NCBI GenBank assembly: GCA_019750255.1
Contig: JAIEOU010000006.1
Coordinates: forward strand, 52,142-116,141
Reading direction: 5' to 3'
Source of the DNA: Patescibacteria group bacterium
Lineage (GTDB): Bacteria; Patescibacteriota; Minisyncoccia; Phycocordibacterales; UBA918
DNA: 64,000 nucleotides
In this document: positions 27,246-36,817 of the stretch, piece by piece
Layout: each line of letters opens with the position of its first letter
Position numbering within the stretch: position 1 is the first letter of the stretch
Position numbers and translations under genes: made by a program
Notes under the pieces: model-generated
Seen by the model: only the letters and a program-made list of their open reading frames with translations
Told to the model about the DNA's origin: nothing
Database searches by the model: none

Positions 27246-28499
27246 CTACTTAAACAGTGACCAGATTTTTTGATCTTCCTCGCCATCAATCTTGAAGAAG
27301 GCCACACCGCGCAGGCCGTACTTCTCTGCCATTTCAATCCGCCTTTTTGCGGTCGTAGCATCGCTATAGCTTGCGAATCGCACAGACACCTCTTGTCCCG
27401 ACATCGTGGCGTAGGTGAGAGCCTGGGCCGCTGACTCAAAGCCCTTTGGAGTACCCTTTGGTACCGGGAGCGCCCGCAAGAGTTCATACGGTGAACCCTT
27501 AGGGAAGTACGTAATGACGGCCTCACCTCCTACCGTTCGCCCTTCCTCAATATCATACTCCTTCGCCAGTTCAAGTAATCGGGGATGATTCAGGGCTGCG
27601 ACAGACGTGTAGTCGCGGTACCAGTCCGGGGCTACTGTTACATCCCAGGCCCGGCCGTAGGTAGGGATACCAAGAAGCACTTTCTTTTCATCGAAATCCT
27701 TAAGAGCAAGCTCTACCACCTTTTCTACCCACTCATCATCAGCGACGGGGGCATACGGCACGCCCTGACGCTTTTTATTAAGGGTAAGGTCAGCCCGCTG
27801 CTGGTCGTACGTCATGAGCTCAATCCGGTCGCAGTGACGCGCAATTTCATCGTAGTCGTTGGCGTATTTGAGAGGATTTGGCACCGTTACGAAGAGATCT
27901 TCAGGTGGGGTTCGGGCCTCTATGGCACACGTAACGAGCTTTCGCCCCAGTTTTTTGTTGAGCTCTTCTAAAAATTTCGAAAAGTCATCAATGGTGTCGG
28001 TCTTCTTGCCTTCGTAATCGATGTTTACGCCATCATACTTCCCTTTTTCCACCATACTAACAATGGCTTTGATGTGGGCGTTGCGACTCTTTCTGTTACC
28101 AAGGACGTTATCTATCTGCTCCCCGTCAAACCACATCACTGATGGAATTACCTCGACATCATGTTTATCTGCCAGCTTCATGAAGTCTCGCCACTGCTTC
28201 TCGGACATATTGGCCTTATCAACCAACTTTCCGTCTGGTGTTACCTCAAATGAAAACGGATATACTGTATCGAGCTTCTTTATCTGCTTGGTAGCGCTCT
28301 TTAAACCCATCGTGTCTTGCCACCAGGGTATCCAGCCTGAGACCTCAACATCGCTCGTTGCCGCTCGTGCGGAAGGGGTGCCACCAAGGAGTACCAGCCC
28401 TCCCACCATCACCACCGCCATAGCGCACCCTAAAGTTCGCGCCGTATTTACATGTGTCTGCATAATCATAGAGACGGATATCCCAATCGTTTCTTTCAC
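27246..28499 (-). CDS. Secreted glycoside hydrolase family 18 (chitinase-like) protein
   Basis: 417-aa ORF with a signal peptide and the GH18 catalytic motif '[11 protein letters not shown]' (DxxDxDxE). It also has 'GIPTYGRAW'. Confidence 0.75.
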   Translation of the reverse strand: MKETIGISVSMIMQTHVNTARTLGCAMAVVMVGGLVLLGGTPSARAATSDVEVSGWIPWWQDTMGLKSATKQIKKLDTVYPFSFEVTPDGKLVDKANMSEKQWRDFMKLADKHDVEVIPSVMWFDGEQIDNVLGNRKSRNAHIKAIVSMVEKGKYDGVNIDYEGKKTDTIDDFSKFLEELNKKLGRKLVTCAIEARTPPEDLFVTVPNPLKYANDYDEIARHCDRIELMTYDQQRADLTLNKKRQGVPYAPVADDEWVEKVVELALKDFDEKKVLLGIPTYGRAWDVTVAPDWYRDYTSVAALNHPRLLELAKEYDIEEGRTVGGEAVITYFPKGSPYELLRALPVPKGTPKGFESAAQALTYATMSGQEVSVRFASYSDATTAKRRIEMAEKYGLRGVAFFKIDGEEDQKIWSLFK

Positions 28500-28711
28500 G
28501 TTTATTTATTAAAGGTACCGCACAATTCTGTGTCACCAGTTCCTGATAATTACAGGATCAGCCTCAGGTACCGGTATAGGATATGTCGAATATTCAAACA
28601 CAAACAGTGCTCAACTAGACTTTACCACGCAGCGCCTTACTACCACCCCGTCATACCCGGCATTTAGCATCACGCCAACAGCCTCTATAACTGCCGAGTC
28701 ACCATTCCTTA

Positions 28712-29155
28712 TTATGGTGCTTTAGACTTTGACTTGGCCGTCAACCACGAAGATGACTGTACCTTTCCGCCAAAACCGACATTAAAAATCATTTCAATCC
28801 CCAGCTCCTTACACACCACTGCTTCAGGAATATCTTCCACACCTTTACGATCACCACCATTTGCAAACACGTCGGGTCGAACCAGTGCCAGCGTGCGACA
28901 CACCGACCGGTCAGCATCGTTTGGGCCGTGGTCCGTGAGCACCACCTCATCAACAACCCGGAGCGCCCGCAGTACTTCGACGCGTTCTGCCTCGGGCATA
29001 AATACAAAACCCTTCTTAGTCATCAACCAGTCATCGTTATTTAAAATCACCACCAGACGGTCCCCTAAGGCCTTCGCCTCCTCAAACATTCGAATATGTC
29101 CAATATGGACCGGATCAAAACCTCCTGATACCGCCACAGTGCGTATTGTTGACAT
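28712..29155 (-). CDS. Cytidylyltransferase-like nucleotidyltransferase (HIGH-motif family; TagD/RfaE-domain-II/NMNAT-like)
   Basis: 147-aa ORF with 'VSGGFDPVHIGHIRMF', the (H/T)xGH nucleotidyltransferase signature. Confidence 0.7.
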   Translation of the reverse strand: MSTIRTVAVSGGFDPVHIGHIRMFEEAKALGDRLVVILNNDDWLMTKKGFVFMPEAERVEVLRALRVVDEVVLTDHGPNDADRSVCRTLALVRPDVFANGGDRKGVEDIPEAVVCKELGIEMIFNVGFGGKVQSSSWLTAKSKSKAP

Positions 29156-29198
29156 ACACCTATTTAAACTACCAATCCCTCAAAAAAGATACACGCAC

Positions 29199-30383
29199 CT
29201 ACACCACAACCGCTCCTCCAGTCAGATACAAGTGCAGGGTGATAAGGCCCCCCGTAAGAATAAGAAGAGCTAAGCTGTAGACAATTTGCCATGGACGATG
29301 CGAGCGAACAGCGAGCGCGATAGAAAGCAGTAACATCATGGCAATCGCTGTGGTGAGTACGCTATAGACGATTGTCAGGAGCATATTTGGCTGGGTCGCA
29401 ATCCGCGATAAAAATGCGGTCTTGGTAGCGCCTGCCGACACATCGGGAGCGGCTTGCAATAACACGGGAAGGCCCGAAGAAGTAGCCACTGTGCCAGAAT
29501 ACAGCGATACCATGTCCTCCTCTACCTGATATTCCTCTACAGAGAGTGCGGGTTCAGGCGGCAATGGAATGTCCACCGGGGTGCGCGGTGTCGATTCATA
29601 GGCCAACGCCATAGCAGTGGCAGAAGCAGTCTCGGTTACGAGCACCGATGAACTAGCGATGGCATCAACGCTACTACTAGCACTCGTTTCCGCCCCCGAC
29701 ACAACCGCAGCCAATGTGGTTGAGGTGGTTGAGCCGATAGTTACTTCAGGTACCACCACCGGCACATTAGGCACAACCGCTAGTGGAGCGGCCACTTGCG
29801 GTGTTGGACGAGCGATTGGCAAGGCCGGGGTACCAAATAGCTGCACGACAAAAATGGTGTCGTAGCCCTGATAGGTACCTTTAGCGGTACCGACACCGAT
29901 TTCAGTGTAGTTTCCGTTCACGATATTGGCGCGGTGCGTGGGTGACTTCATCCACGCTTCGACGACCTCTCCAGAATCACTGAAGTGAATAGCCAAATTC
30001 TCTCCGGCATGAGCGTAGACATACCCCACCTCATCAAACCAGTCCCACGGCGTCACACCCTTTGGACTATAGTGAGCAAAATAGCCTTCCGCAGCCATGT
30101 GTTCAGCTTTTAGCTGTGCCGCTTCATCGAGCACACTACTACGACGCAGAGCCCCTGCTGCGGCAACTGCCCGCTCTTCGTTTGTGAGTTCAACCACAAT
30201 CGCCGGAAGAATCGTTGATACGAGCCACTGTGATGACTGCCACAAGAGCGCCTGCAAGTTAGCGACCGCGAATGACAAGAGCACCATCCCCAGCATGCCA
30301 AGCATTGCTCCGCGACGCAGCAGCTGCGGCACGTGGTCTGCATCACCAGAAAATAAGAAAGCCGACTGAAGAAAACGCCTCAT
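29199..30383 (-). CDS. CAP/SCP/PR-1-like domain protein with N- and C-terminal TM segments
   Basis: 'TNEERAVAAAGALRRSSVLDEAAQLKAEHMAAEGYFAHYSP' and 'MKSPTHRANIVNGNYTEIGVG' match the CAP (YkwD-like) domain. It also has a Pro/Thr/Ser-rich linker and two C-terminal TM helices. Confidence 0.7.
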   Translation of the reverse strand: MRRFLQSAFLFSGDADHVPQLLRRGAMLGMLGMVLLSFAVANLQALLWQSSQWLVSTILPAIVVELTNEERAVAAAGALRRSSVLDEAAQLKAEHMAAEGYFAHYSPKGVTPWDWFDEVGYVYAHAGENLAIHFSDSGEVVEAWMKSPTHRANIVNGNYTEIGVGTAKGTYQGYDTIFVVQLFGTPALPIARPTPQVAAPLAVVPNVPVVVPEVTIGSTTSTTLAAVVSGAETSASSSVDAIASSSVLVTETASATAMALAYESTPRTPVDIPLPPEPALSVEEYQVEEDMVSLYSGTVATSSGLPVLLQAAPDVSAGATKTAFLSRIATQPNMLLTIVYSVLTTAIAMMLLLSIALAVRSHRPWQIVYSLALLILTGGLITLHLYLTGGAVVV

Positions 30384-30434
30384 ATATTACTAAGTGTAGC
30401 ATGCACCGCAGTGGCAAAACCCTGGGGCTGTTTA

Positions 30435-31058
30435 TTAAGAATCCGCGAGCTTCGCGTAGACGATCAGATTATGAGTATACCGCGCCGCGCCTCGGTCATA
30501 CGTACCCGAGCAGGTAATGAGCCGCAGTCCTGGGTAATCAATATCACCATAGACAGCGCGAGTGGGAAACTCGTCCTGATCCACCCGCGTCAGGTCGGTC
30601 ACTACAAATCGAGCGGTGCTGCCATCAGCGCGATCGACAAGCACCTCATCTCCCACTTCGACTTGCCCTAGGGACCAAAATACAGCGGGGCCGGATTTCG
30701 AATCAACATGGCCAAGAATCACGGCGGGACCAAGTTCGCCGGGGGTTGGTCCAAACTTATACCATCCCACCTCGGTAAATGAATCGGGTACTTCTGAAGT
30801 CTTATCGGGATTAAGCCCCAGACCGCCCTCGAACCCCGCGTCGATGCCTACCTCGGGTATCCGCAGCCGTACCGGCTCGGATTCCGCAAGAGCATACCCT
30901 GGCAAGGATGAGGTCGCGACTACGGCAACCTCTGGCAACACCTCCACACGCGATACCGACCACAGATACACCACAGCAGATAGCCCTATGCCTACACCGG
31001 CAACTACGAGTATTCGCCACCCTGATACATCCTTAAAATATCCCGACATACTTGACAC
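30435..31058 (-). CDS. Sortase family transpeptidase (class E/F-like)
   Basis: 207-aa ORF with an N-terminal TM anchor, the His motif 'VILGHVD' and the active-site Cys motif 'LRLITCSGTYD'. The conserved Arg is in 'RYTHNLIVYAKL'. Confidence 0.75.
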   Translation of the reverse strand: MSSMSGYFKDVSGWRILVVAGVGIGLSAVVYLWSVSRVEVLPEVAVVATSSLPGYALAESEPVRLRIPEVGIDAGFEGGLGLNPDKTSEVPDSFTEVGWYKFGPTPGELGPAVILGHVDSKSGPAVFWSLGQVEVGDEVLVDRADGSTARFVVTDLTRVDQDEFPTRAVYGDIDYPGLRLITCSGTYDRGAARYTHNLIVYAKLADS

Positions 31059-31251
31059 TATCTATAGTACGTTGCAAACAACCTAACGGCAATACCTGTA
31101 GTTAAAAAGGGAAACGTTCTTTCAGATGAAGTGGACCAGTTCGTAATGCTTTAGCCGTTGCGACGGCTTCATGGTAACGGGAGCTTATTACTTGCTCTCC
31201 AGTGATTTATGTTTTAATGTTGACCTCGGCTTTCAAACAGAGGAGTTCCTA

Positions 31252-31440
31252 ATGAACGAAATAGTAAGAGTATATGACGGGCGAAATCCGCCCAAAATCC
31301 GTGGCTTCGAGAAGCAAATGGTCCCGCCAGCTCACACGCAGCCAGGCGGACCGGTCTATCGCCCAATAGAGCATCGCCCTGAAGAAAGCGCGAGCACCAA
31401 GACGGACGAGTCCGAACAGCCCCAGCGGCAGGACGCCTGA
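31252..31440 (+). CDS. Small hypothetical protein (62 aa, basic N-terminus, acidic C-terminus)
   Basis: The ATG at 31252 is preceded by GAGGAG at 7-nt spacing, the only strong RBS in this spacer. A terminator hairpin follows at 31480-31507. The longer ORF-track version (31171) lacks an RBS. Confidence 0.45.
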   Translation: MNEIVRVYDGRNPPKIRGFEKQMVPPAHTQPGGPVYRPIEHRPEESASTKTDESEQPQRQDA

Positions 31441-31479
31441 CCACAACCCTCCACCCCCCATAAAATCCCCCACACAAAA

Positions 31480-31507
31480 AGGCGCACGCGACATACCGCG
31501 TGCGCCT
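31480..31507. terminator. Intrinsic terminator (aggcgcacgcg-acatac-cgcgtgcgcct) with a T-run on the minus-strand side. It serves the DUF11/hydrolase gene and probably the small plus-strand ORF.
   Basis: Perfect 11-bp GC-rich stem. The reverse complement is followed by tttttgtgtggggg. Confidence 0.7.
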
Positions 31508-31525
31508 CTCTACATTTCCTCGTTC

Positions 31526-33004
31526 TTAGCGTAGAGCCGAAAACGGTTCAAAGTAATGTACCGCCATTCCGCCAAAGCCGGTCTTTGGTGAAAAACGGTC
31601 ACGAATCTTTTCTAGTTCAGTCTGGTACCTTACTTTGGGCAATCCGTAGAAGGTAACGTATCCGGGATCAACTTTTCCAAACTCTTGACCCACGATTACC
31701 TTAGTCTTTCGTCCTGGCACCGAAGCCTCATTCACTTCAACCTCAGAAATTTGTATCGTCCCATCGTTTCCTTCAGCAAAGTTTCGGTATGACATCAAGA
31801 TGATTGTACTATCGGCGCGAGTATCAAGTATGCGCATCAGGTGGGTGAAGGTGTGAGTGGTCACTCCTTTATGCGTTACCTTCGGGGTCCAGGCCTGAGC
31901 ACTGTCGTAAAAGTGCGGGATCGTCACGGCAAACCGGAGATTACTGTTCCCGAGACGGGCGTTTGTTTCATCAATCAGTGCCACAAACTCAGTTAAGACT
32001 TGTCCCTTATTGGATTCGTAGGTGGCAAGCAGATATGGTTCAACGTCATACTGCAGTGATCGCAGCGGATTACTGCTGCGCGCCCGGTTATAGGCCACAA
32101 CCATGTCGACAATGGCAAATGCCTTGTACTTCATTGCCGGTTGTGCCCAATCTTTCCAGCCAGCGAGCGCATCAATCGCCACATCATTCTTTTTTGCCTC
32201 AATTACTAATTTCTCGATGGCATCGAAGTAGGCCTTCTTTTTCGCCTCCTTTTGGGCGCCTTCCGGTAAGCTATGGATGAGCAAGTAATCATCGACTGTG
32301 ACATAGAGGGCGTTAAAACCATTATCGCGGGCCGAAGCCATGAGCGAACTGATGTAGGCTGCCGACATGTTAATTGGCGACTCCCACACCCACATGCCAT
32401 ATTCCAGCGTGCTCTTGTCGGGCGAAACGACTACTGGTGGCTGCGGCACCTCTTTTACCGGCTCCCGCGGAACGGGGGTATTTGGGGTCGGCTCTTCTGC
32501 GACCTGATCGCGTGGGACCGGGACAGTGGGCGTAGGTGTGACGGGCGGCGGTACCGTTCCTTCAGCGTCCGTAGCGGTCGTGATGCAGGAATCGCTACCA
32601 TTCTCGGCGGCCGCACAGGCTTCGAGCCCATCAAGCGCACTCTGCGTAGCGTTTAGCTGTACCGTTACCGTGCGCACAGCCTGCGGGGCAAGCGGTCCAA
32701 GATACCAGTAATAGTTCTTGGCGGTAGCGCGAGGAACCACAGATATGACGCGCACTCCCTCAGCGTAGTGATTTGTAATCGAGACATCGTTACAGGCACG
32801 CGAGCCTACATTCTTTACGGTCAATGTGTACGCGACGCGATTATTCACAGAGAGGTCCTTCAGGCTTCGGATAGATGTGAGGGAGAGTGAACAGTCCGGC
32901 ACCTGCGCTAACGCACTTTGACTGACACCTCCCGTTAGTAAGCTGCTTGCTAGCACCATGAGTGCCAGCAGAATTCCATTGGAGATTTTATTTCTTCGTA
33001 ACAT
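31526..33004 (-). CDS. Secreted protein with an N-terminal DUF11/CARDB-like beta-sandwich, a Pro/Thr-rich linker and a C-terminal TIM-barrel glycoside-hydrolase-like domain (family unassigned); paralogue A
   Basis: The signal peptide is 'MLRRNKISNGILLALMVLASSLLTGG'. 'VAYTLTVKNVGSRACNDVSITN' is a DUF11-type repeat. The domain after the linker has 'YGMWVWESPINMS...NGFNALYVTVDDY', 'LQYDVEPYLL' and 'AVTIPHFYD'. It shares ~55% identity with the 36803..38311 product. Confidence 0.65.
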   Translation of the reverse strand: MLRRNKISNGILLALMVLASSLLTGGVSQSALAQVPDCSLSLTSIRSLKDLSVNNRVAYTLTVKNVGSRACNDVSITNHYAEGVRVISVVPRATAKNYYWYLGPLAPQAVRTVTVQLNATQSALDGLEACAAAENGSDSCITTATDAEGTVPPPVTPTPTVPVPRDQVAEEPTPNTPVPREPVKEVPQPPVVVSPDKSTLEYGMWVWESPINMSAAYISSLMASARDNGFNALYVTVDDYLLIHSLPEGAQKEAKKKAYFDAIEKLVIEAKKNDVAIDALAGWKDWAQPAMKYKAFAIVDMVVAYNRARSSNPLRSLQYDVEPYLLATYESNKGQVLTEFVALIDETNARLGNSNLRFAVTIPHFYDSAQAWTPKVTHKGVTTHTFTHLMRILDTRADSTIILMSYRNFAEGNDGTIQISEVEVNEASVPGRKTKVIVGQEFGKVDPGYVTFYGLPKVRYQTELEKIRDRFSPKTGFGGMAVHYFEPFSALR

Positions 33005-33540
33005 TTTTGAACTCTCTAAATTAATCTAAGTAACAATGATGAAGTGTAGACGCACACATGTCGCAACTGAGGTGCGGTTTTCATCACCGCGGAAAAGCCT
33101 ACCACGCCAAAATCGCCCTTCTGGATTTCAGCGACATTACCCCACATTTTCTATTACCTGGGCAAATATCTTTTAATACAACGATATTCTATCTTGATTC
33201 CTTAAAAAAACTCTTAAAAATCGCACCCTTTGACAACGGCCACTCTTCACGCTGTAAGTATCAATTAACTAACACGGCAGTAGTAAAAGGCACAACCTTT
33301 GCCTTATACGGGTGAACTGGTTATCCAAAATGGATACCCTGTTTAGTAGCTTGGGTCATGCACAAGAACTCAAATCGCTCCAAAGCGGGTCGAGTTGGTA
33401 ACGTGTATGGCTCAAATTAGTAAACCTAACCAAACCAATGCGTTGTGAGTACCCGGCAATACTTTTTGTTATTAATCAATATCAACATTGTTAAGATATA
33501 GTCTCTTACTACGTCTAAATAATTGAAAGGGGCAAAAAAG

Positions 33541-33843
33541 ATGTATGTACAAGCGTCATATACCGTTGTTTTCATTGCGCATGGATGTTTAAAGGTTGCT
33601 TTACTCGGACTGACATTAGTAGAAAAAATTATGCCAAGAAAAGTTACTAAGACACGCAAGACTTCTTCTCTTACCCTCCTTTATAGTGGCGTAGCTCTGG
33701 CAACCCTAGCGCTAGCCTACTTTGCAATCACTCGCATTGATACCCTCACCTACAAAATTGTAGTGGTTTTCCTTTCTCTCATTATTTTATCTAATTGCGC
33801 CGCCAAATTGTATGGCCGGCATGTTTTAAACGAGAACATATGA
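33541..33843 (+). CDS. Small two-TM membrane protein translationally coupled to the GT2 synthase (possible PgaD-like accessory subunit)
   Basis: The ATG at 33541 has a GAAAGGGG RBS 8 nt upstream. Two hydrophobic helices are present. The TGA stop overlaps the ATG of the next gene (ATGA at 33840-33843). A paralogue lies at 36599..36817. Confidence 0.55.
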   Translation: MYVQASYTVVFIAHGCLKVALLGLTLVEKIMPRKVTKTRKTSSLTLLYSGVALATLALAYFAITRIDTLTYKIVVVFLSLIILSNCAAKLYGRHVLNENI

Positions 33844-35399
33844 TTCAAAGACTCGTTACTTTTTTCTCACCGGCTGTACGCACAAAATTTTTAGTGTACG
33901 CCTTTCTCTATGTCGTACTTATTGTCATCATCCTCTCGACTTTTTTACTAGAGCCCGAAGAAAACGCTTCGTTTCCGATTCTCCGTATTATTATCATCGG
34001 CTTTGCTTCAATTCTCCTCACCAAGTACTTTTTATACATGGTGCTTAGTCCCTGGAACGAAATTCTTACCCTACACCGCGAGCGGCGACGTCGCCCAGCT
34101 GTCGATGATATGCATTACTATCCAAAAGTAAGCATCCTGGTGCCAGCCTGGAATGAAGAAGTTGGTGTTATAACGACAATAAATGGGCTCTTAAAGAGTA
34201 CCTATAAAAACGTTGAGATACTGGTTATTGATAATGCGTCAAAGGATAATACGGCTCGTAACGTAAAAGCGCTTATCAAGCAGTACAATGCTGAACAACC
34301 GAGCCCTGTTCATGCTCACCATATCGAACTGAAATATTTTTATGAAGGTACGCAAGGTAAAGGTCACGCGCTGAACCACGGCTTGCGCGTTGCTACCGGG
34401 GATATCATTATGTCAATTGATGCTGATTGCTTCGTCGCCCCCGCCACGGTCGGTAATTTTGTTAAGTACTTTAACGACCCAACTGTCATGGCAGCGGTTG
34501 GTAATGTACGTATTGGCAATACCGATACTATTGTTGGTGTGGTCCAGTACCTCGAATTCCTCTTTTCCTTTTACTTTAAAAAAGCCGAATCACTTGTAAA
34601 TACCATCTACATCATTGGTGGCGCGGCTGGTGCCTTCCGCCGCGAAGTATTCGACATCATCGGTCCCTACAGCACCACTAATATTACTGAAGACATTGAA
34701 CTGTCTATGCGTATTCAAGCAGCCGGAATGCGTATCGTCTACGCACACGACGCCCACGTGCTCACCGAAGGAGCCGTCACCTTAAACGGCCTCATGAAAC
34801 AGCGGCTACGCTGGAAGCGTGGTCGCTTTGAGACTTTGGTTGAACACAAGTACATGCTCTTTAGTCGAGAGAAACACCACAACAAACTCCTAACCTGGTT
34901 CCTCCTTCCCCTCACATTACTTGGTGAACTGCAGCTTGGCCTAGAAATAACGTTCCTAGTTTTCCTGTACGTCTTCTCATACCTCACTAATGACTTCTCG
35001 TCATTTTACTCCGGAATTATGGTCGTCAGTTCGATGTTTATAATCCAGGTACTATTTGATAAGCATCGCGAAAAACTTGGTGGCTTTATACTGCTGGCGC
35101 CTATTGGTTGGCTGCTCTTCTATGTGAGTACCCTCGTCGAAACCAATGCCCTCTTTAAAGCACTCTGGGGCTCACTGCGTAAAACCGAACTGACATGGCA
35201 AAAATGGGAGAGACAAGGCGTCCTTACCGGCAAGACTGTTGCGCAAAGCCTCAAAGAAGTAACCCCCCTCTATAACCTAACGAAGTATGCGACAACCACT
35301 AAACCTCTGGGCTGCGGTTGCCGGCATAATGCTAGGACTAAGCGTCGGCCTTACCCTCAGAAGCCCACAGCCACTACCTCCAGCACCCCCACCGACTGA
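33840..35399 (+). CDS. Processive family-2 glycosyltransferase, PgaC/IcaA/NodC-like polysaccharide (poly-GlcNAc-type) synthase; paralogue A
   Basis: GT2 motifs are 'VSILVPAWNEE', 'VIDNASKDNT', 'IMSIDADC', 'TEDIELSMR' and the processive 'QRLRWKRG' (QxxRW). It has N- and C-terminal TM helices. The start is set at the ATGA overlap with the upstream small ORF. Confidence 0.8.
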   Translation: MIQRLVTFFSPAVRTKFLVYAFLYVVLIVIILSTFLLEPEENASFPILRIIIIGFASILLTKYFLYMVLSPWNEILTLHRERRRRPAVDDMHYYPKVSILVPAWNEEVGVITTINGLLKSTYKNVEILVIDNASKDNTARNVKALIKQYNAEQPSPVHAHHIELKYFYEGTQGKGHALNHGLRVATGDIIMSIDADCFVAPATVGNFVKYFNDPTVMAAVGNVRIGNTDTIVGVVQYLEFLFSFYFKKAESLVNTIYIIGGAAGAFRREVFDIIGPYSTTNITEDIELSMRIQAAGMRIVYAHDAHVLTEGAVTLNGLMKQRLRWKRGRFETLVEHKYMLFSREKHHNKLLTWFLLPLTLLGELQLGLEITFLVFLYVFSYLTNDFSSFYSGIMVVSSMFIIQVLFDKHREKLGGFILLAPIGWLLFYVSTLVETNALFKALWGSLRKTELTWQKWERQGVLTGKTVAQSLKEVTPLYNLTKYATTTKPLGCGCRHNARTKRRPYPQKPTATTSSTPTD

Positions 35400-36495
35400 A
35401 GCCTGCCCGATTATAGTCTGCACGGACTCTTCAGCTGGAACCACTTCCAGCGAAATGCTTGAACCTGCTGCCACGAGTAGCGCCGAAGAGCCGAATCCCA
35501 CCACCACCTCACCCCGAGCGATTACTTCCTTACCAACCTACTCCATGCCCCGGTCACCGAACCCAACCTCAGTCACCAGCGCTCCAAGTGGGGTGCAGGT
35601 TATGGCCTGGCTCTACCCAAGCGCACCAGGCTGTGGCGCATCGGCCGAGTACCGTGACGGTCGAACCGTCGACGTCCTAAAACCCGAGTTTTTTACCATC
35701 AATGGTGGTTCGCTCACGCGCATTGATAACACCGGCTGTAATGGGTACAGTCCGGCTTTTGTGGCGGAATTAAAGCGCCACTCGAAAGAGCAATACGTCA
35801 CCATTTCTTCAGCCAGCGCTGGCGACATGGAAACCTTTCTGACCGGTGCACTCGCGGATAATACCGACATCACCACCCTCGTTTCCTTCATTGTTGATAA
35901 TGGCCTGACAGGCATCGAACTAGACTTTGAGGACTTTGGCGGCTGGAACGCTAACGCCTACGCTAACTACAAGACCTTTGTCACCCAATTAGGCACCGCG
36001 CTGCGTGCGCAAAACAAAAAGCTCATGCTCGCCGGTCCGGCGATTGCCGACAGCACTGAACAGGGTTGGTTCTTGTGGCGCTACGAAGATTTTGCCACCC
36101 TGCCCGTCGATCACATGGTCGTAATGGCCTACGACTACCAGTTTGATCATGGTGTCGGCGAACCGGTTGCCCCCCTAGACTGGATAACCAGAGTTACGAA
36201 CTGGGCCGGCGCCCGGTATCCCAAGAACAAACTGACCATCGGTGTCCCATCCTATGGCTATGAAGGCACCGACGGTAGTCGCCCCCTCATCCGTACCTAC
36301 GACCAACTGAAGGCTACTCCTGGGTTTGCCACCGCCCCCCGAGATGCCCGTTCTGGCGAACGCATCTGGAAAAACAGCGGCACCACCTACGTCTACCAGG
36401 ACAGCGAAAGCCTGCGCCTAAAAATCGCCGCCATTAAAGCCACGGGAGTTAACTCAATTTCTATCTGGCATTTAGGTGGCAACCAGTGGTTCTAA
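35287..36495 (+). CDS. Secreted/membrane-anchored glycoside hydrolase family 18-like protein
   Basis: It has an N-terminal TM/signal and a Pro/Ser/Thr-rich linker. The GH18 catalytic motif is 'LTGIELDFEDFGG' (DxxDxDxE variant), with 'GVPSYGYEG' and 'ISIWHLGGNQWF'. The 5' end overlaps the GT2 3' end by ~110 nt, so the start is uncertain. Confidence 0.65.
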   Translation: MRQPLNLWAAVAGIMLGLSVGLTLRSPQPLPPAPPPTEACPIIVCTDSSAGTTSSEMLEPAATSSAEEPNPTTTSPRAITSLPTYSMPRSPNPTSVTSAPSGVQVMAWLYPSAPGCGASAEYRDGRTVDVLKPEFFTINGGSLTRIDNTGCNGYSPAFVAELKRHSKEQYVTISSASAGDMETFLTGALADNTDITTLVSFIVDNGLTGIELDFEDFGGWNANAYANYKTFVTQLGTALRAQNKKLMLAGPAIADSTEQGWFLWRYEDFATLPVDHMVVMAYDYQFDHGVGEPVAPLDWITRVTNWAGARYPKNKLTIGVPSYGYEGTDGSRPLIRTYDQLKATPGFATAPRDARSGERIWKNSGTTYVYQDSESLRLKIAAIKATGVNSISIWHLGGNQWF

Positions 36496-36598
36496 TACTG
36501 CCCGCCATTACTACTATACGCATCAAGTCTGAAGCCCTCAGTCAACTTTCGCACAATCTCCGGTTTGACTTGATGGCTATTTTTGCCATTATGAAGGA

Positions 36599-36817
36599 AT
36601 GACTAAAAGCTCGTTCATTTTTAGGTTCGCCGGACACTGCGTAGTGGCAATTGCACTAGTCTTTACCGTGGTTGCCTCTTTCTACTATTTTGATCGTCCA
36701 ATTTACAAGGTTGTATCGTTATTCATTGGACTCGTGTTCATCTCTAACGCTATCGCTAGAGCTGCACTAATACTGCTCATGTATCAACACAGAGATACCT
36801 CCTTAGCGCAGAAGTAG
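36599..36817 (+). CDS. Small two-TM membrane protein, paralogue of 33541..33843
   Basis: 72-aa ORF with an AAGGA RBS 3 nt upstream. 'YKVVSLFIGLVFISNAIARAAL' aligns to 'YKIVVVFLSLIILSNCAAKLYG' of the other copy. Confidence 0.5.
   Translation: MTKSSFIFRFAGHCVVAIALVFTVVASFYYFDRPIYKVVSLFIGLVFISNAIARAALILLMYQHRDTSLAQK

Noticed and set aside
28734-29273. 179-aa plus-strand ORF overlapping the cytidylyltransferase gene
   Set aside because: It is antisense to a gene with a clear HxGH motif and is compositionally Ser/Thr-rich junk.
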